A DNA stretch of 64,000 nt from Octopus sinensis (taxonomy: Eukaryota), in assembly GCF_006345805.1 (NCBI RefSeq), contig NC_043004.1, positions 27,094,001 to 27,158,000 on the forward strand, in the 5' to 3' direction. Below the pieces are notes generated by a model, which was given only the letters and a program-made list of their open reading frames with translations, ran no database searches and was not told the DNA's origin. The stretch's first letter is position 1. Each line of letters starts with the position of its first letter. Of this stretch, positions 49,520-62,789 are shown piece by piece. Made by a program: the position numbers and the translations under genes.

Positions 49520-50520
49520 ATGAGGGTCAACTGGAAAGCTCATAGGCTAACCAAGATACTCTCAATGAATGTGACCAAATGAGGTTTATTTTTCAACATA
49601 GACCTCCTTGTGGTCCACATGGATCCCCATTTGTGAAGAAGCTTCCATCCTGCTGATCAAAAATGTCAACAACAGATATGACATCATCACTGAGATACTG
49701 ATACCTAGCCAAGTGTTTCTTTCGTGTTGGGAAGCTGATGATAGTCAGATGGTGCCAAATCAGGAGAATAGGAAGGCTCATCAACCAGCTGAAAGTCACA
49801 GTCAAACACAACAGCCATTGAAATGGACTTGTGTGGTGGAGCATTGTGCTGATTAAACAAAACCCTCTTCATCACTTTCTTGGGTGTTTGGTCTTGATAG
49901 CCTTTCATAACTGCCTCAGCAAGTTGGCACCATCCATTGATGGTGGGACCCTTTTGAAGATAGTTAATAAACACAATACCTTTTGCATTCCAAAAAACTG
50001 AGGTCATTATCTTCTCTGCAGATGAAACAACCGTGGCCTTCTTTGGAGCAAGTGAGGAGGGGGTGTTTTCACTGCATGGATTATCTCTTTGTTCCTGCTT
50101 TAAAGTTATGAACCCAACACTCATCCTGAGTTGGGAAACATTTTAGGAAACCAACTGGATCTATTTCAAACAAAGTCAGATTTTCCGTTGTTGAAATCAG
50201 CCTGGTGTGCTTTTGATCAGGTGTCAGATGTGACATCCACTGAACAGAAACCTTTGTCATGCCAAGTTCATTGTGCAGAATATTCTCAACTCTCTCACAA
50301 GATATGCTAATAGCATTGGCTATTTGATTTATAGTCAATCGTCTATTATCCATCATCATATGGTGAACATGATCAATGTTTTCCTTGATGGTGGCAGTTG
50401 CAGGACATCCAAACCTTGGTCATCTTCAAGACTCTCCCCATTTTAAATTCAGCTGCTCACTTTTGTACTTTTGGTAAAACTGGAGAGCCATCCCCTAACG
50501 TAGCAACCATGTCAGCATAA
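49520..50520 (-). pseudogene. near-complete mariner transposase pseudogene
   Basis: DNRRLTINQIANAISIS...QDECWVH...PKKATVVSSAEKIMTSVFWNAKGIV...HNAPPH...PSYSPDLAPSDY. TIR-like 3' end at about 49520. 5' end disrupted by an RTE. Confidence 0.9.
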
Positions 50521-50534
50521 GTATCAAATACTCA

Positions 50535-51255
50535 AATGGTGCTTTTTTGCATGCCACCAGCATGGGTGCCAATTGGAAAGCACTGGCATGGGCCATGAAT
50601 ATGATTTCACTCAGCTCAACAGACCTTCACAAGCACAGCATATTGCTCAACATCTGAAGTGTGCTTTTAACAGGTCAGTTATGTGACACTGGCATTGGCC
50701 ACAACTATAATCTCACTTGGTTTGATGGGTCTTCTCAAGCATGCTATATCGCCAAAGGTTTTGGTTGTTTGTCATTGCTTCTGTGAGGCTCAGCATTTGG
50801 AGATTGCATTTCACCACCTCGTCTCATGTCTTCCTGTGTATACCTCTTCCACAGGTTCCTTCCACCATTAGAATGCAACACTTCACACAGTTGTCCTCGT
50901 CCATATGCATCATATGACCATACCAGTACAGTTGTCTCTCTTGCACACCACATCTGATGCTTCTTAGTTCATCTTTTCTCTCAGGGTACTTACACTCTAT
51001 CGTGCATACACACTGACATTACACATCTAGTGGAGCATACTAGCTTCATTTCTTTCAAGCCTATGCATGTCCTCAGCAGTCACAGCCCATGTTTTACTGC
51101 CGTGTAGCTTAGCTATTCACACTCAAGCATCATACAGCCTGCCTTTCACTCTGAGTGAGAGGCCTTTTGTTAACAGCAGACGCAGGAGCTCTCTGAACTT
51201 TGCCCAGCCTATTCTAGCAGCTACACTCTTGGAGCATCCACCCCTGGTCATCTAG
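50535..51255 (-). mobile_element. 5'-truncated RTE LINE
   Basis: Reverse complement aligns with 27862-28470 and 34030-34700 (ctactagaataggctgggcaaagttcagagagctcc...ggtatggtcatatgatgcatatggac). Confidence 0.88.
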
Positions 51256-51286
51256 TCACCTAAAGATGCTACATAGACAAAAAGTA

Positions 51287-51532
51287 TTGAAGGTCCATCC
51301 TGAGCTATAGGCTAATAAGGCTGTGGTTTCCTGGATTCTGTGGCTTTTACATACTCCTATCCTGGATGGGATGCTAGTCTGGCATACACTTATTTTTCCC
51401 AGTTGTGTGGATTGGAGCAACATGAAATAAGGTGTTTTACACGAGAATACAATGCACCACCTGGTCCAGGAATTGAAACCACAGTCTTGTGATCATGAAT
51501 GCAACACTCTAACCACTAAACCACATGCCTCC
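51287..51532 (-). mobile_element. tRNA-derived SINE (head T, CORE-like domain Y, tail 2)
   Basis: Minus strand reads ggaggcatgtggtttagtggttagagtg..., then accttatttcatgttgctccaatccac, then gactagcatcccatccagg..ggaaacc (the same tail as 23300). Confidence 0.75.
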
Positions 51533-53289
51533 ATACTATATATATATATATATATATCTCCCTTTCACTCAGCCTCTTTCTTCCAGCTATTTCATCATGT
51601 TGAACCATTAATCCCTACACATTTTTCTTCTCTCTCCATTTTTCCTCTCAATCCTTTCTGCCAAAGAGCATAGGCTCAAAACATCAAAAACTTTTCCACT
51701 CTTCAAGAGCATTAAACTAATACATCTGCTTGTTGTTCCTTCATTTGTCTTCGTCTTTTGTTTTCTATTAATTTGAACTACACACACACACACACACACA
51801 CGTATATAACTCCACAACAACAAATTAAAATTCTGCTTCAAAATAAACACATTTATACACATATTAAAGCTGAATATCAACGGTTCATTTCTAAACACAT
51901 TGCAACTACTGGGGTTCACATCTCACCCCACCTCTCTCCTATATACCCTTTTGTTATATAGCTAATTACCCTCCCTCCTTATCCATCTCTACCCAACACC
52001 TACCTCACCAGTTAACTAGACCACAACCACCCCATCTATCATTACTCCTCCCCATAAACCCTTACAATCTCTCATTCCCTCATTTCTCCCTTAGAATTCC
52101 AGTTCCCTTCTCTGTCATTCCTCTCCTACAAACATGACCTACAGACATCACACAACCTAGACATCATCTACCTCCCCACCACCATCACCACTACCATCAA
52201 CAAGTGTGGTCAAGAAGATGGCCAAGAAGTCTGTGGACGTTGCATCGCTTATACCACATACGCTCACACACACACCTGCTCTTAAACTCTCACCTACTTA
52301 CATGTATACACACTCGTTACTTCCTACATACACGCATACTAACTCTCATTTACACATAAATATGCAGATGCACTCATACCTACTACACATGCACACACAT
52401 GCATACACATGCTTAATTCCACTCTTCCACATCTACATGCACACACACTCTCATACACCCCAACATGCATGGCACCACATGCATACACACACATCCCAAC
52501 ATACACGATCACATGCTACTCCACACCCACCCCCATTCTAGCTCTATTATCACAAATTATTAATATTCCTATTATTTTTTTCCACCTCCCCCTACTCATT
52601 CTTTTCCTCATTCCCATCTTCTTCTCCTTTTCATTATCTCTCATTCTCCCTCCCCATCTTCATTTCTCCCATTTTTTGCAACATCTTCTTCATTCTGCTC
52701 CTTTCCCTTCTGCTTACTCCTCTCTATTTTCACACTTTTTTCCTTAATTACTTATTTACTCCTAGTTCTCTCCTCTCCTCCACCACCCTTTCCTTTCTCT
52801 CATAAACTCCCCCTTCCCTTCTCCCTTTCCCTAAATCTTTCTTCTTTTTTCTCTGTCACAATCTCTTACTCTCCTCAGCTATTCCCCTGCTTTTGCTTTC
52901 TCACATACACCCTCAATCTCCCTTCCTCCTCTACCTCCGTTTCTCTCTCCTGCTTTCCACTTCGCTCTCTTTCTACAACTGACACTCTGTATCTCTCTCT
53001 CTCTCTCTCATCCCTCTTCGTTCTCTTCCATTTCTCTCTGTTTCTTCTCTCTCTCACCCCCTCTTCGTCCCTTTCCATCTCCTCTTCAATCTCTCTCTCT
53101 TTCTTTCCCTGTTTCCTCCACCACCATTCCATTCCTCCTTCCTTACAAATAAACAACCAATTATCAGAAATAATTGGTAAATATAAAATACACCATATCC
53201 CCCCTGAAAGGGTGAAGCCTGTGAGGGTGAGGATGTGGTGTTGTTAAAGAAATGGTTTTGGAGAGTGTGTCCTTTTTGTGAGAGTGTGG

Positions 53290-53545
53290 GTGTGGCATTT
53301 ATGGAGGTGTGGTCTTGGGGTAGGATATGGTATTGTTGAGAGCATGATATTGGTGAAAATATAGTTTTGGGGTGGGTATGGTTTTAGGGAAGGTGTGGTT
53401 TTGGGAAGGGTGTTGTTTTGGGGATGGTGTGGTTTTGAGGAGGGTATGGCTTAGGGGGAGGGGGAGGTGTTGGTGATGGCATGGTATCAGTGAAGTATAG
53501 TATGGTGCTGGCAAAGGTGGTGATGGCAGTGACTGAGGATACATG
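53290..53545 (+). repeat. G-rich degenerate ~17-bp repeat
   Basis: ggtgtggttttgggaag-like units with many G3/G4 runs. Confidence 0.7.
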
Positions 53546-54169
53546 GTTAAACAACTATGTTAGCATTTTTACACCCATGTTTATAAACATCCTGTTATAT
53601 TTTTGGTTGGATTGGGAGCTTTTGTAGTTTTTACTTCATCAGTTAACACTAGCACTGTCAACATCAACATGACTATCATCATCACCACCAACAACAACAT
53701 GAGCAGCTACATCACTATTATTACCACCAAGAACAACAAGAGCAAAAACAACAACAACAACAACAACAATAGCAACAGCACCGCCATCATTGGCACCAGC
53801 ACCACTGACTGCAACAATATATAACACCTTAACCTTTTAGCGTTCAAATTATTCTGTCAAATGTAATGCTTATTTATTTACATTGTTTTGAATTAACCTT
53901 GCAGCTTCAAGATTTCAATGATGTGATAGTTTATTTTTATATTGACATTGTAGGGTGGGTGTAAGAAGCTGGATCTGACTGCTTTGAACAAATACAATAT
54001 TTTGGTCAGATACAGGCTGGTTAAATTGCCTAAGGGTTTTAAAATCATTTGAAATCTGTTGATCAAGGTTTTGCAGTACATACACACACATATGCACATT
54101 GAAATTCATACATAAACATATACATCACAGGAAACTAAAATAAAGAGAACTACCATTCACAAATCAATA

Positions 54170-54665
54170 TTTGGTACTGTTAGGAATTTTTTGAAATCTT
54201 TATTACTGATTCTAATCTTTGAGGCTACTTAGGACATTTCTAAAATTACAAAACTTACTGATGGCTTTGGAGATCTTAAGAAGTTTTTTGAAATTATCAT
54301 CCCACTACTTCTTGGCTTTGATACAATTAAGTACTTTTCAAAAGATCTTGCAACTAATTCTTGTCTTCACTGCTACTAAGGACTTTTTAAAAAAGATTTT
54401 ATCATTAATTTTTGGTTTGGGTTCTGCTAAGGACTTTTCTGAAATTCCTACAAATAGTGTTTGAGTTTGGTGTTGTTAAAAAAACTTTCAGAATACTGTG
54501 GCACTAATTCTTGATTTTGGTATGCTTCAGTAAGTTTTCTAAACATTTTACCTGTAACTCTTGGTATTGGGGTGCTTAAATACCTTATTTTAAAATGTTA
54601 CCACTATTTCCTGATTTAGGTGCACATCATCTCTTTTTCTAAAAATCTTACCTGTAATTCTTCAT
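54170..54665 (+). repeat. degenerate ~50-bp tandem repeat, ~10 copies
   Basis: tttgg...ctaaggacttttctgaaat..actaattctt-like units at 54170, 54218, 54266, 54317, 54366, 54416, 54466, 54516, 54566 and 54615. Confidence 0.75.
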
Positions 54666-55857
54666 TAGCAATTGGCTTGTTTACCTCCATACTTTGTTTT
54701 GGTTCTTTATTCTATATTATTTGTTCTTTTTTTTTCTTTTTCTATCTCCTCTTTCTTTGTGGTTCCTTTCTTTCGTGTAATAATGATAATCACAGAATCA
54801 TAGTTTAAATTGATATTACGACCCACTGGTTCCTCCTCACATAAAAACACCCATGTCATTTATAGAATGCCTACCTAATTACCATTGTGAGCATTAGAAA
54901 GATCATGTTTCATGATGGCTCTTTAATTAATTGCCCATTAATTAGTTCTTAACTAATTGCTCGTGTAACTATCTGAAAGCTGGTTAAAATGAAAGAAGAA
55001 AAAGATTTGCTTCCTCTTTCTTTCCCTCTGTCTCACGACTGTGTTTTTTCCCCTCTCATCTTTCCATCTTCTCCTCTCTTCTTGTCATCTGTCCTTAACT
55101 TCTCTTCCATATTTCCTCTCTTTCACTACCCTCCTCCCACTGCCCTTCTGTTATCATCACTGCATTGTCAACACTATTTTCCTCATCATCAACATCATCA
55201 TAATCATCATCATATTAACATCCACATTTCCAAGTTTATAAGAGTCATACAAAACGCACTGACACAGGGACTCTACAACTGGATGCTCTTCCTGTCACCA
55301 AACATCACCTCTTTCCAAGTAATATTACAGATGAATGACACAGCTTGTATGACTGTGAAATTTGTCTTGACATTTTGTGACATAACTGATGCAAACACAC
55401 ATGTACAAATATACACTCACCAATCACACACATAGTCATACATACACCCATATGCGCACACATATATATACATGTTTTTATTTCCTTACACTGTCTCTAA
55501 CAGGTGAACTTCTTTTCTTGTTTGTTCTCTCCTATAATTGAATAAGATTTCTTTCCTATGCTAGAAAAAAGAAAACACCTTTCAACTGCAAAACTCCAAA
55601 AGGAATATACTAAAAACGTTTTTTTTTACAAAAGACTCAAAACAACATGTGATTCCTTTTTTTTTTACCATATGGCTTTATAAATGATATATGCCAAACA
55701 CATCCAATATAGTTCCAGTTGAACTATGATGCAAAAACATTTCTTTGGTGAAAACATGTTTTTATTTTCCAAACATATAAACACATGGAGTATAATTATA
55801 TATAGTTAAGCAACTATGTTAGCATCTTCATACTCAATAATGTAATATATATATACT

Positions 55858-55905
<48 letters not shown>

Positions 55906-56011
55906 GAGTAAATGCACTAAACAGTGTTTACATATAATCACAATTTAGGTTAGTTTAAATATGTTTGTCTTCAGCAGTTGAAATATGTGACAAACATATT
56001 TCAACTAACCT

Positions 56012-56110
<99 letters not shown>

Positions 56111-57074
56111 TAATATATTTATAATACCCATTCTGTCTGTGTGTGTAAAAGATTATAATGGCCGTATTTTTCAACTGATTTTCTCCAAAATGGGAATATA
56201 CATTATTTATGTTCCAGGGATTGTTTTAGGTTCTTAAAAACGTTCACATACTGAGTAACGGGCTCCCTGGAGGCAGAAAACGCCCGTTCCTGGGTTATGT
56301 GGAGAAGGGAGGTAACTCTTTGTGAAGTAACTTTCAGAAATTGATTGTCTCCCTTGCATCCATTGGTCATAAAAAAGATTTAAGATATTGCTTTTTATAT
56401 TAGACTCACATCTTTGAAAGTTTTCAAAAATACTTATTTCCAGTTTTCTAGCGTCAGTGACATCTATATCTATCTATATCTCTCTATCCATCTCTCTCTA
56501 TCTCTCTATTTATATCTCTCTATCTATCTCTATCTCTATATCTATCTCTCTATATCTATCTGTCTATATCTTATCTATCTGTCTACCTATCTATCTAGCT
56601 ATATCTATCTTATTTGTATAACTAGCTAGCTCTCTCGCTATATATATATCTCACTCACTCTCTATTGTTTTCCCTTTCATTTTTCAGACTCTATTGTTTT
56701 CACTTTAAGTTCAATCGTTATCATGTTGTCCTGCATCCCTCTCCCACCTTTTTTGTATTTGCATGAACTCCATACTCATGCACCCTTGGCAGTGCTCTAC
56801 CATCCTACTTATATTCTGATCCCTGTATCTTAAAAGTATGCCCTGGCACATTGCCACCTTCTCTTTTACAACCTCTCACCTTTGCTCGCTCTCCCCCTCC
56901 CTCTCTCTCTCTCTCTCCCCCTCTTTCATTCTTAATCACCCTCTCTTTCTCCCTCTCTCTGACTAGAGAAACCATGTATCTCCTCTACACCAAAACAGCT
57001 GTTTCTGTCCCTCTCTCATCATCTGCCACTAAGCCATCTCCTCCAATACATGCCTTTCAAAGGATCTTTGTCTT

Positions 57075-57295
57075 GAAAGGTGTTTGGTGACCTTGTCAGT
57101 ACTGGTGCCACATAAAAAGCGTCAGCCCAATCTGTAAAGTGGTTGGTGTTAGGAAGGGAATCCAGCTGTAAAAACCATGCCAAAACAGATAGTGGAGATA
57201 GTGGAGCTTGGTGTAGTCCTCTGGCTTGCCAACTCCTGTTGAACCATCCGACCCATCCTAATATGGAAGATTAATATTGAACAGTGATGCTGATA
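57075..57295 (+). mobile_element. decayed RTE-type tail
   Basis: ggtgccacataaaaagc..ggtgttaggaagggaatccagctgta..gatgctgataatg. Confidence 0.75.
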
Positions 57296-57409
57296 ATGTG
57301 TATATGTGTGTGAATATGAATGTGAACATTTGGAATTGTGTGCATTTCAAGTTGAATGACTATGGCTACAATATTTGGGGGTGTACATATGCATGCATAC
57401 ATATATGAA

Positions 57410-57800
57410 AGGTAGATTCTATGATGCTTGTGTACAAACGACTATACTCAATGATAATGAGACATGGGCTCTGAATGCAGAGGAAATACGTAGATTGAAG
57501 AATACTACCTTCATTCTTTTTTGAATATACAACATCAGTGTGCATGAATAACAAAGTGCAACTGTGTTGAGAGAAAAGCTGGGCATGAGACGAATTAAAT
57601 ATGGCATGCAGGAGAGGAGAATAAGTTGGCTTGGACATGTGATGTGTATCAATGAAGACAGCTGTATACAGAAGTACTCATGGAAGAGGGAGACCCAGGA
57701 AGACATGGAATGAAGTGGTGAGCACTGATCTCAGGGTGTTGGAGCTCATGGAGGAAATGACAATGGACCGAGATTTCTGCCAGTATGAGGTTCTTGAAAA
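57410..57800 (+). pseudogene. decayed RTE ORF2 C-terminus
   Basis: YDACVQTTILNDNETWALNAEEIRRLK...REKLGMRRIKYGMQERRISWLGHVM. Confidence 0.8.
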
Positions 57801-59184
57801 GACCTGCCCACATCAGCAAAATTGAGTGCTAGAAGCATTGTATTCCACCCACATGTAACAATATAATTTTCCCGCACCCTACCTCAAGAAACCAAACTAC
57901 ATCTCTTCTAAACTGCATCTTTTTCTTCTTCACATTACCTCTTCATACACTATGATTATCTCCCACTCCTGATCCCTACCCTCACTGCCCTGCTCACTGT
58001 ATCGCTGCTTTCCATTACCCCATCTTTATACCCAGATTCTCACCAGTCACTGCAATCCCCACTCCCTACTTGCACCTTCTTGGCAATACCTAGCTGCATA
58101 TATTATGACCTCTGTGCCTTATGGGCATGTCCTGGCATTTGACACTGCTTATCTCTCTTATCGTTACTCTACCATCCCATCTATGCTCTGATCCCTGTTA
58201 CTTGTGAGTATACCCTAGCTCTTCACCACCATCTCTCTCCTGCACTTTTGTTGTTTCCCACTCTCTCTGTCTTTCCCTTATTCTTCCCTCTAGCTGGGTA
58301 GCCATGTATCACCTCTATGGCAGCACACCTGTTTCTGCCCTCATTCTTTATCATTCTCTCTCCTTCTTTTGCTTTTCTTTATGGCTAGGTAAACAAATAT
58401 CTCCTTTACATCAACGCATAATTAATAATTAAAAAAAAATTTTTTGAATATTTGGACTGGTCTGAGCATGACCTCTTAAATAAGTAACCATGCAATGTTG
58501 CATTGGTTTTTTTCTAAAAAAGTCACGTCTTGGTATGTGATGTTTTATTATTTTCCCCTGATGAAGGAGTCATTATGGTAATGCATTCTCGTGCATTAAA
58601 TATGCTGATGAGCCCCTGAAATGGCCATAGAGACTGTAAATAGGGTTTTTTTTTTACTTGGACACTGGTTTTTCTTAATAGGTTTACCCTTATCTTAAAT
58701 ATAACTTTAATTGAAAAAAATTCTTAATCGATGAACTTTTATCTATATCTTATATATTATATGTTTCTTATATATACGTATTTTTATATTTTCATATATT
58801 TATATATTTTTATATTTTTATATATTTATTATTCTAGGTGTTATATTGTTAAAAAAAATTTTTTCAGATGCTGAAGTATTAATATTTAACTGCAATAGAC
58901 AGTACTCACATTTTTTTTAAATGCTTGTCTAAATTGATTATTGTTTCATCTGTGATTTTATGCATCCGTATTCTATGTATTAGAAAAAGCATTAAGTTTC
59001 TTTATATGTGATTAAATGTTCGAAATGTGATATTTTAAGTGGATGACCTTAGATTTGTTGTTTGTTCTACAACCAAAGTTTGTAATACTCGTCTCATTTA
59101 CTTGAGCACTTCTATAGCAGTCCTATTAAACATTTTGTTCCTGATAAGAAACAATCACTATATTATTGATAAATATATATATAT

Positions 59185-59248
<64 letters not shown>

Positions 59249-59251
<3 letters not shown>

Positions 59252-59449
59252 ACCTCGTGAGTACCGTTGGCGATTTTTTTCCCTCTGTCTTTCCTTCTCG
59301 GGATCTTTCCTTCTCCTATGTTTCCGACGAAGAGCTCCGCTCGAAACGTTAAACCCTCCTTCTTCCCTTCTTTCCTGAGTGTCCAATAATACTTTATTTG
59401 TTCCAATTCCTCGTGTTGTGTTTTTTTGTGTTTTCTTGTTTGGATTAAC
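59249..59449 (+). mobile_element. ~200-bp hammerhead-bearing Penelope-like unit, copy 2
   Basis: Embedded in (TA)n on both sides, with the same termini as 39880-40080. Confidence 0.8.
59320..59354 (+). ncRNA. minimal type-I hammerhead-like motif
   Basis: GTTT-CCGACGA-A-GAGC-tcc-GCTC-GAAA-CG-T-T-AAAC. Stems I and II are perfect, stem III is a loop-less palindrome (AACGTT), and the core is a U4C variant. Confidence 0.65.
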
Positions 59450-60934
59450 TATATATATATATACACATGTATATATACATATATATACATACACACACAC
59501 ATGAACACATACACACACACACATATACAAACATATACATACACATATCTATATACAAAAACACATATATTCATATATATGTGTGTGTGTGTGTGTTTGT
59601 TCCCCATCACAGCTTGACAACTAGTGTTGGCGTGTTTGTATCCTCAAAACTTAGTGGTTTGGATGTGTCTATATGTACACGCATACATATACACCCATCT
59701 ATATGTGTGTATATGTGTGTACACGTGCCCCCACACACATATATATCAGCAAAATTGTTGGAAAATAAATAGAATATAAATTTTATATATCATTTAAATG
59801 CTAATGTGCTTTGTGTACGTGTGTGTGTGTGTGTGTATGTATATGAATGTACACACACATACACAAATACATTCGTATATATGTAGTTTGTATGCATATA
59901 GTAAAGCTTGTATATATGAATGATCACATATATGCGTGTGTGTGTATACACATATCTGCATATATGGAAATATGTAGAAGCTGAGGATCAGAGAAATAGA
60001 ACTGAATCCATTTTAATATTTTGCACATGGATTTCAAAAACACCCAAGAGTCTATGCTTCAGTAACATTATCAGATGACAAACAAATACTGTTTTCTAAA
60101 TTTAATTAAAAATGATAATCCTCAGAAATTAAGACTTGCTACATCCCCAACCACCCATGCACTTCTGAAACCAGTTATCAATATTGCAAAGCTAATTATA
60201 AACATTTATATCATTATTAATTAACAAATATAAAGGTATTATTATAATCTTTGCAAAAAAAATAATACAAATAATAAAAATTTGGTCACTTGTATAATGG
60301 TTAAATAAAATAATGGAATTAAAAATGAAAAATTGAAAACTGAATATTAATCATCAAATGTATTTGCTGAAAAAATTTACATAAATGATTCTGATAATAT
60401 CTTATTGAATGCATACACAGACATAAACAAGCATACACACACAGACATACACACAAACACACCTACACATTCACACTCCTATATGTACCTGTAGATATAA
60501 TGATATGTTTATACATGTATATATATGTGTATCTACCTCTCAATCTATATGTATGTGTGTGTTTTCTTGCTCTCCCTCTTTCTTATCTTTTGTCATCCCA
60601 CTTTCAATGTCGGCATGATTGTATCTCCAGCTCTGGCCCCAACATTCTATTACCCAATCACCTTTTTATGCAAAATTTGCAATGTAAGAAGTCCTCTTTA
60701 AATTGATATTATTTCTGTCTCGTTCTTTGTACTTCTCTTAATTCATTTAACTTACTTTAGTAAAGGGCATAAACCAAGATCTTATACCTTTCTCTACTTT
60801 TTTTTTTGCCTTTCTGCACACTATCTCCTCATTATACACTCTGATATTGTTTTGTTTTATTAGCTCCTTTGCTTTACATGTATATTTTTTATGAAGTATA
60901 TGGATGTATGTATGTAAGTATGTATATACTACAT

Positions 60935-61750
60935 ATGATGGCTGCCCCCTCGTTATCAAGTATAACCATTGCATGAGGCTTAACTGTTAATGGTGCTGTG
61001 ATTGAATGTGACGTTTTAGCCCAGCTTAAGATCTATAATGTCTTATACAGAATTGGCAGCTAAAACCTTTTACTGGCAACAGCTAGCTGTAATTGTAATT
61101 GGGCTTCGTGTACCTTTGCATGTCATTTAAGTCCTCCTGCTAAATTACACTCCCGTCCACGTGCCTGACAGATATGATTAGTATGGTGTGTAGCATCACC
61201 ACTAGCGGCCTGGTTGTCAATCATCAGTCCCACTTTATGACTATGAAGATGACTCTTTAGTCCAGCTTTACTGAGGCAGGGTCTTGCATAGACATTGCAT
61301 GTCAGTGTCATAGGAAGACCATTACCATCTGGAAGTGCAACAGCGATGCCCTTCCTGACGTCCCTCCTTACTTTTTCATGTACAACTCAAGATTTCTCAA
61401 AAGTAGCTGTCCCCTCATACACAATCCTTCTCCACCTGCTACAGTCAATAGCTATGCCCTCCCATATGTTAGGAGAGATGCTGGCCTCTCTTAAGGAAGC
61501 CTTCAGCAAGTCTTTATACCTCTGTTTTGGTTTATGTGGAGGTCGTTCTCGCTTTTAGCTAACTCTCCATAAAAGAGTTGTTTTGGCATCCTTGAATCTT
61601 TCATCCTGCCCAGATGATCACTAGATCTGAATCTTTGCTTCAACACAAGAGCTTCTATACTTTCACACCGAGAGCTTTCTAATATCTCAAGATTACTGAT
61701 GTGGTCCTCCCACTTAATGCCATAGATCCGTCTGAGACACATCTGATGGA
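60935..61750 (-). mobile_element. RTE/BovB-like LINE 3' portion with C-terminal zinc-finger-like motif
   Basis: CLRRIYGIKWEDHISNLEIL...LGRMKDSRMPKQLFYGEL...RYKDLLKASL...TCNVYARPCLSKAGLKSHLHSH. A different RTE lineage from the other copies. Confidence 0.85.
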
Positions 61751-61809
61751 AACATATATTTATGTATATATATGTATGTATACTACATATACATACATGC
61801 TGAACAAGC

Positions 61810-62080
61810 CTTCTGGTTTTGATAGATGGAAACTGAAAGAAGCCTATAGTATATGTATATATATATATATATATTTAGGTATCTGTTTCTCTCCCCACCA
61901 TCACTTGACAACCGATGCTGGTGTGTTTATATCCCCAAAATTTAACAGTTTCGTGAAAGAGACTGATAGAATAAGTACTAGGCTTACAAAGAATAAGTCC
62001 TGGTGCCAATTTCTTTGACCAAAAGCCCTGGCCACAGTCAAATGACTGAAACAAGTAAAAGATTAAAAGAGTAAAGAGTA
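61810..62080 (+). mobile_element. SINE family A core plus tail
   Basis: gatggaaactgaaagaagcc, then (TA)n, then the tail. Confidence 0.85.
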
Positions 62081-62346
62081 TATATATATATAGTCAGTAA
62101 AACATAAATCCGAAAAAGAAGCAGCATAGTATATAAATAAAGTTAGATAAGGTTAGTTTATGGGATTGCCCTGGTTTTCACGTCCATAAAGTGCTTAGCT
62201 TGATTGCATATCATCATATCACAAACCTGTTGGCTTATGTTCTCTCTAGTGAGTGGCTGATCTAGAAAATGGAGTACTCAATGTCAACAACATGGAACTC
62301 CCTTTGGCTATCGATCATAAATGATCCTGTTATCTTGTGGGTTCCA

Positions 62347-62780
62347 TTAGGCCAGCAGGAATTTCCTGAAATGCAAGCACAGTCCGAAAATCTCTGTTCT
62401 TGAGTTAAAGATGTTCCCTGGGTTGAGGGAGTCCTTTAGTATCCTTGCCCATTCCACTATGCACTGTCTACAATGTTTTCTCCCTTTTATGTAGGGGCCT
62501 AGATTTTCTAGGATTCTCCATGATATTGTGTATGGAATCCCAGCGATCGTCATCTACCATTCATGGCTGGCTAAAACATAACATATCTCCTTGAAGGAGG
62601 ATCTGTGGTTGGAGAGGCATTGATTGAATGTGTTACCGGAACAACCGATGTATCTCCATGCTCGGGTGTTAGTGGTGCTACATCTGTTGTTGTTATCACT
62701 GGCAATGGGGCTGCTGGTGGTTCTGTTCATGTCTCTGCTGCTGCTACCATTGCCACTGTCGACCCTGATAATATAGGTTC
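62347..62780 (-). pseudogene. Penelope-like element GIY-YIG endonuclease C-terminal fragment
   Basis: WRYIGCSGNTFNQCLSNHRSSFK...W*...ISWRILE...GRKHCRQCIVE...FNSRTEIFGLCLHFRKFLLA* follows the PLE pattern YIG-x-TF-x-NH-x-SF...W.IL...CxxC..E...N.R.E...C.H..KFLL. Confidence 0.8.
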
Positions 62781-62789
62781 TCGAGGTGG

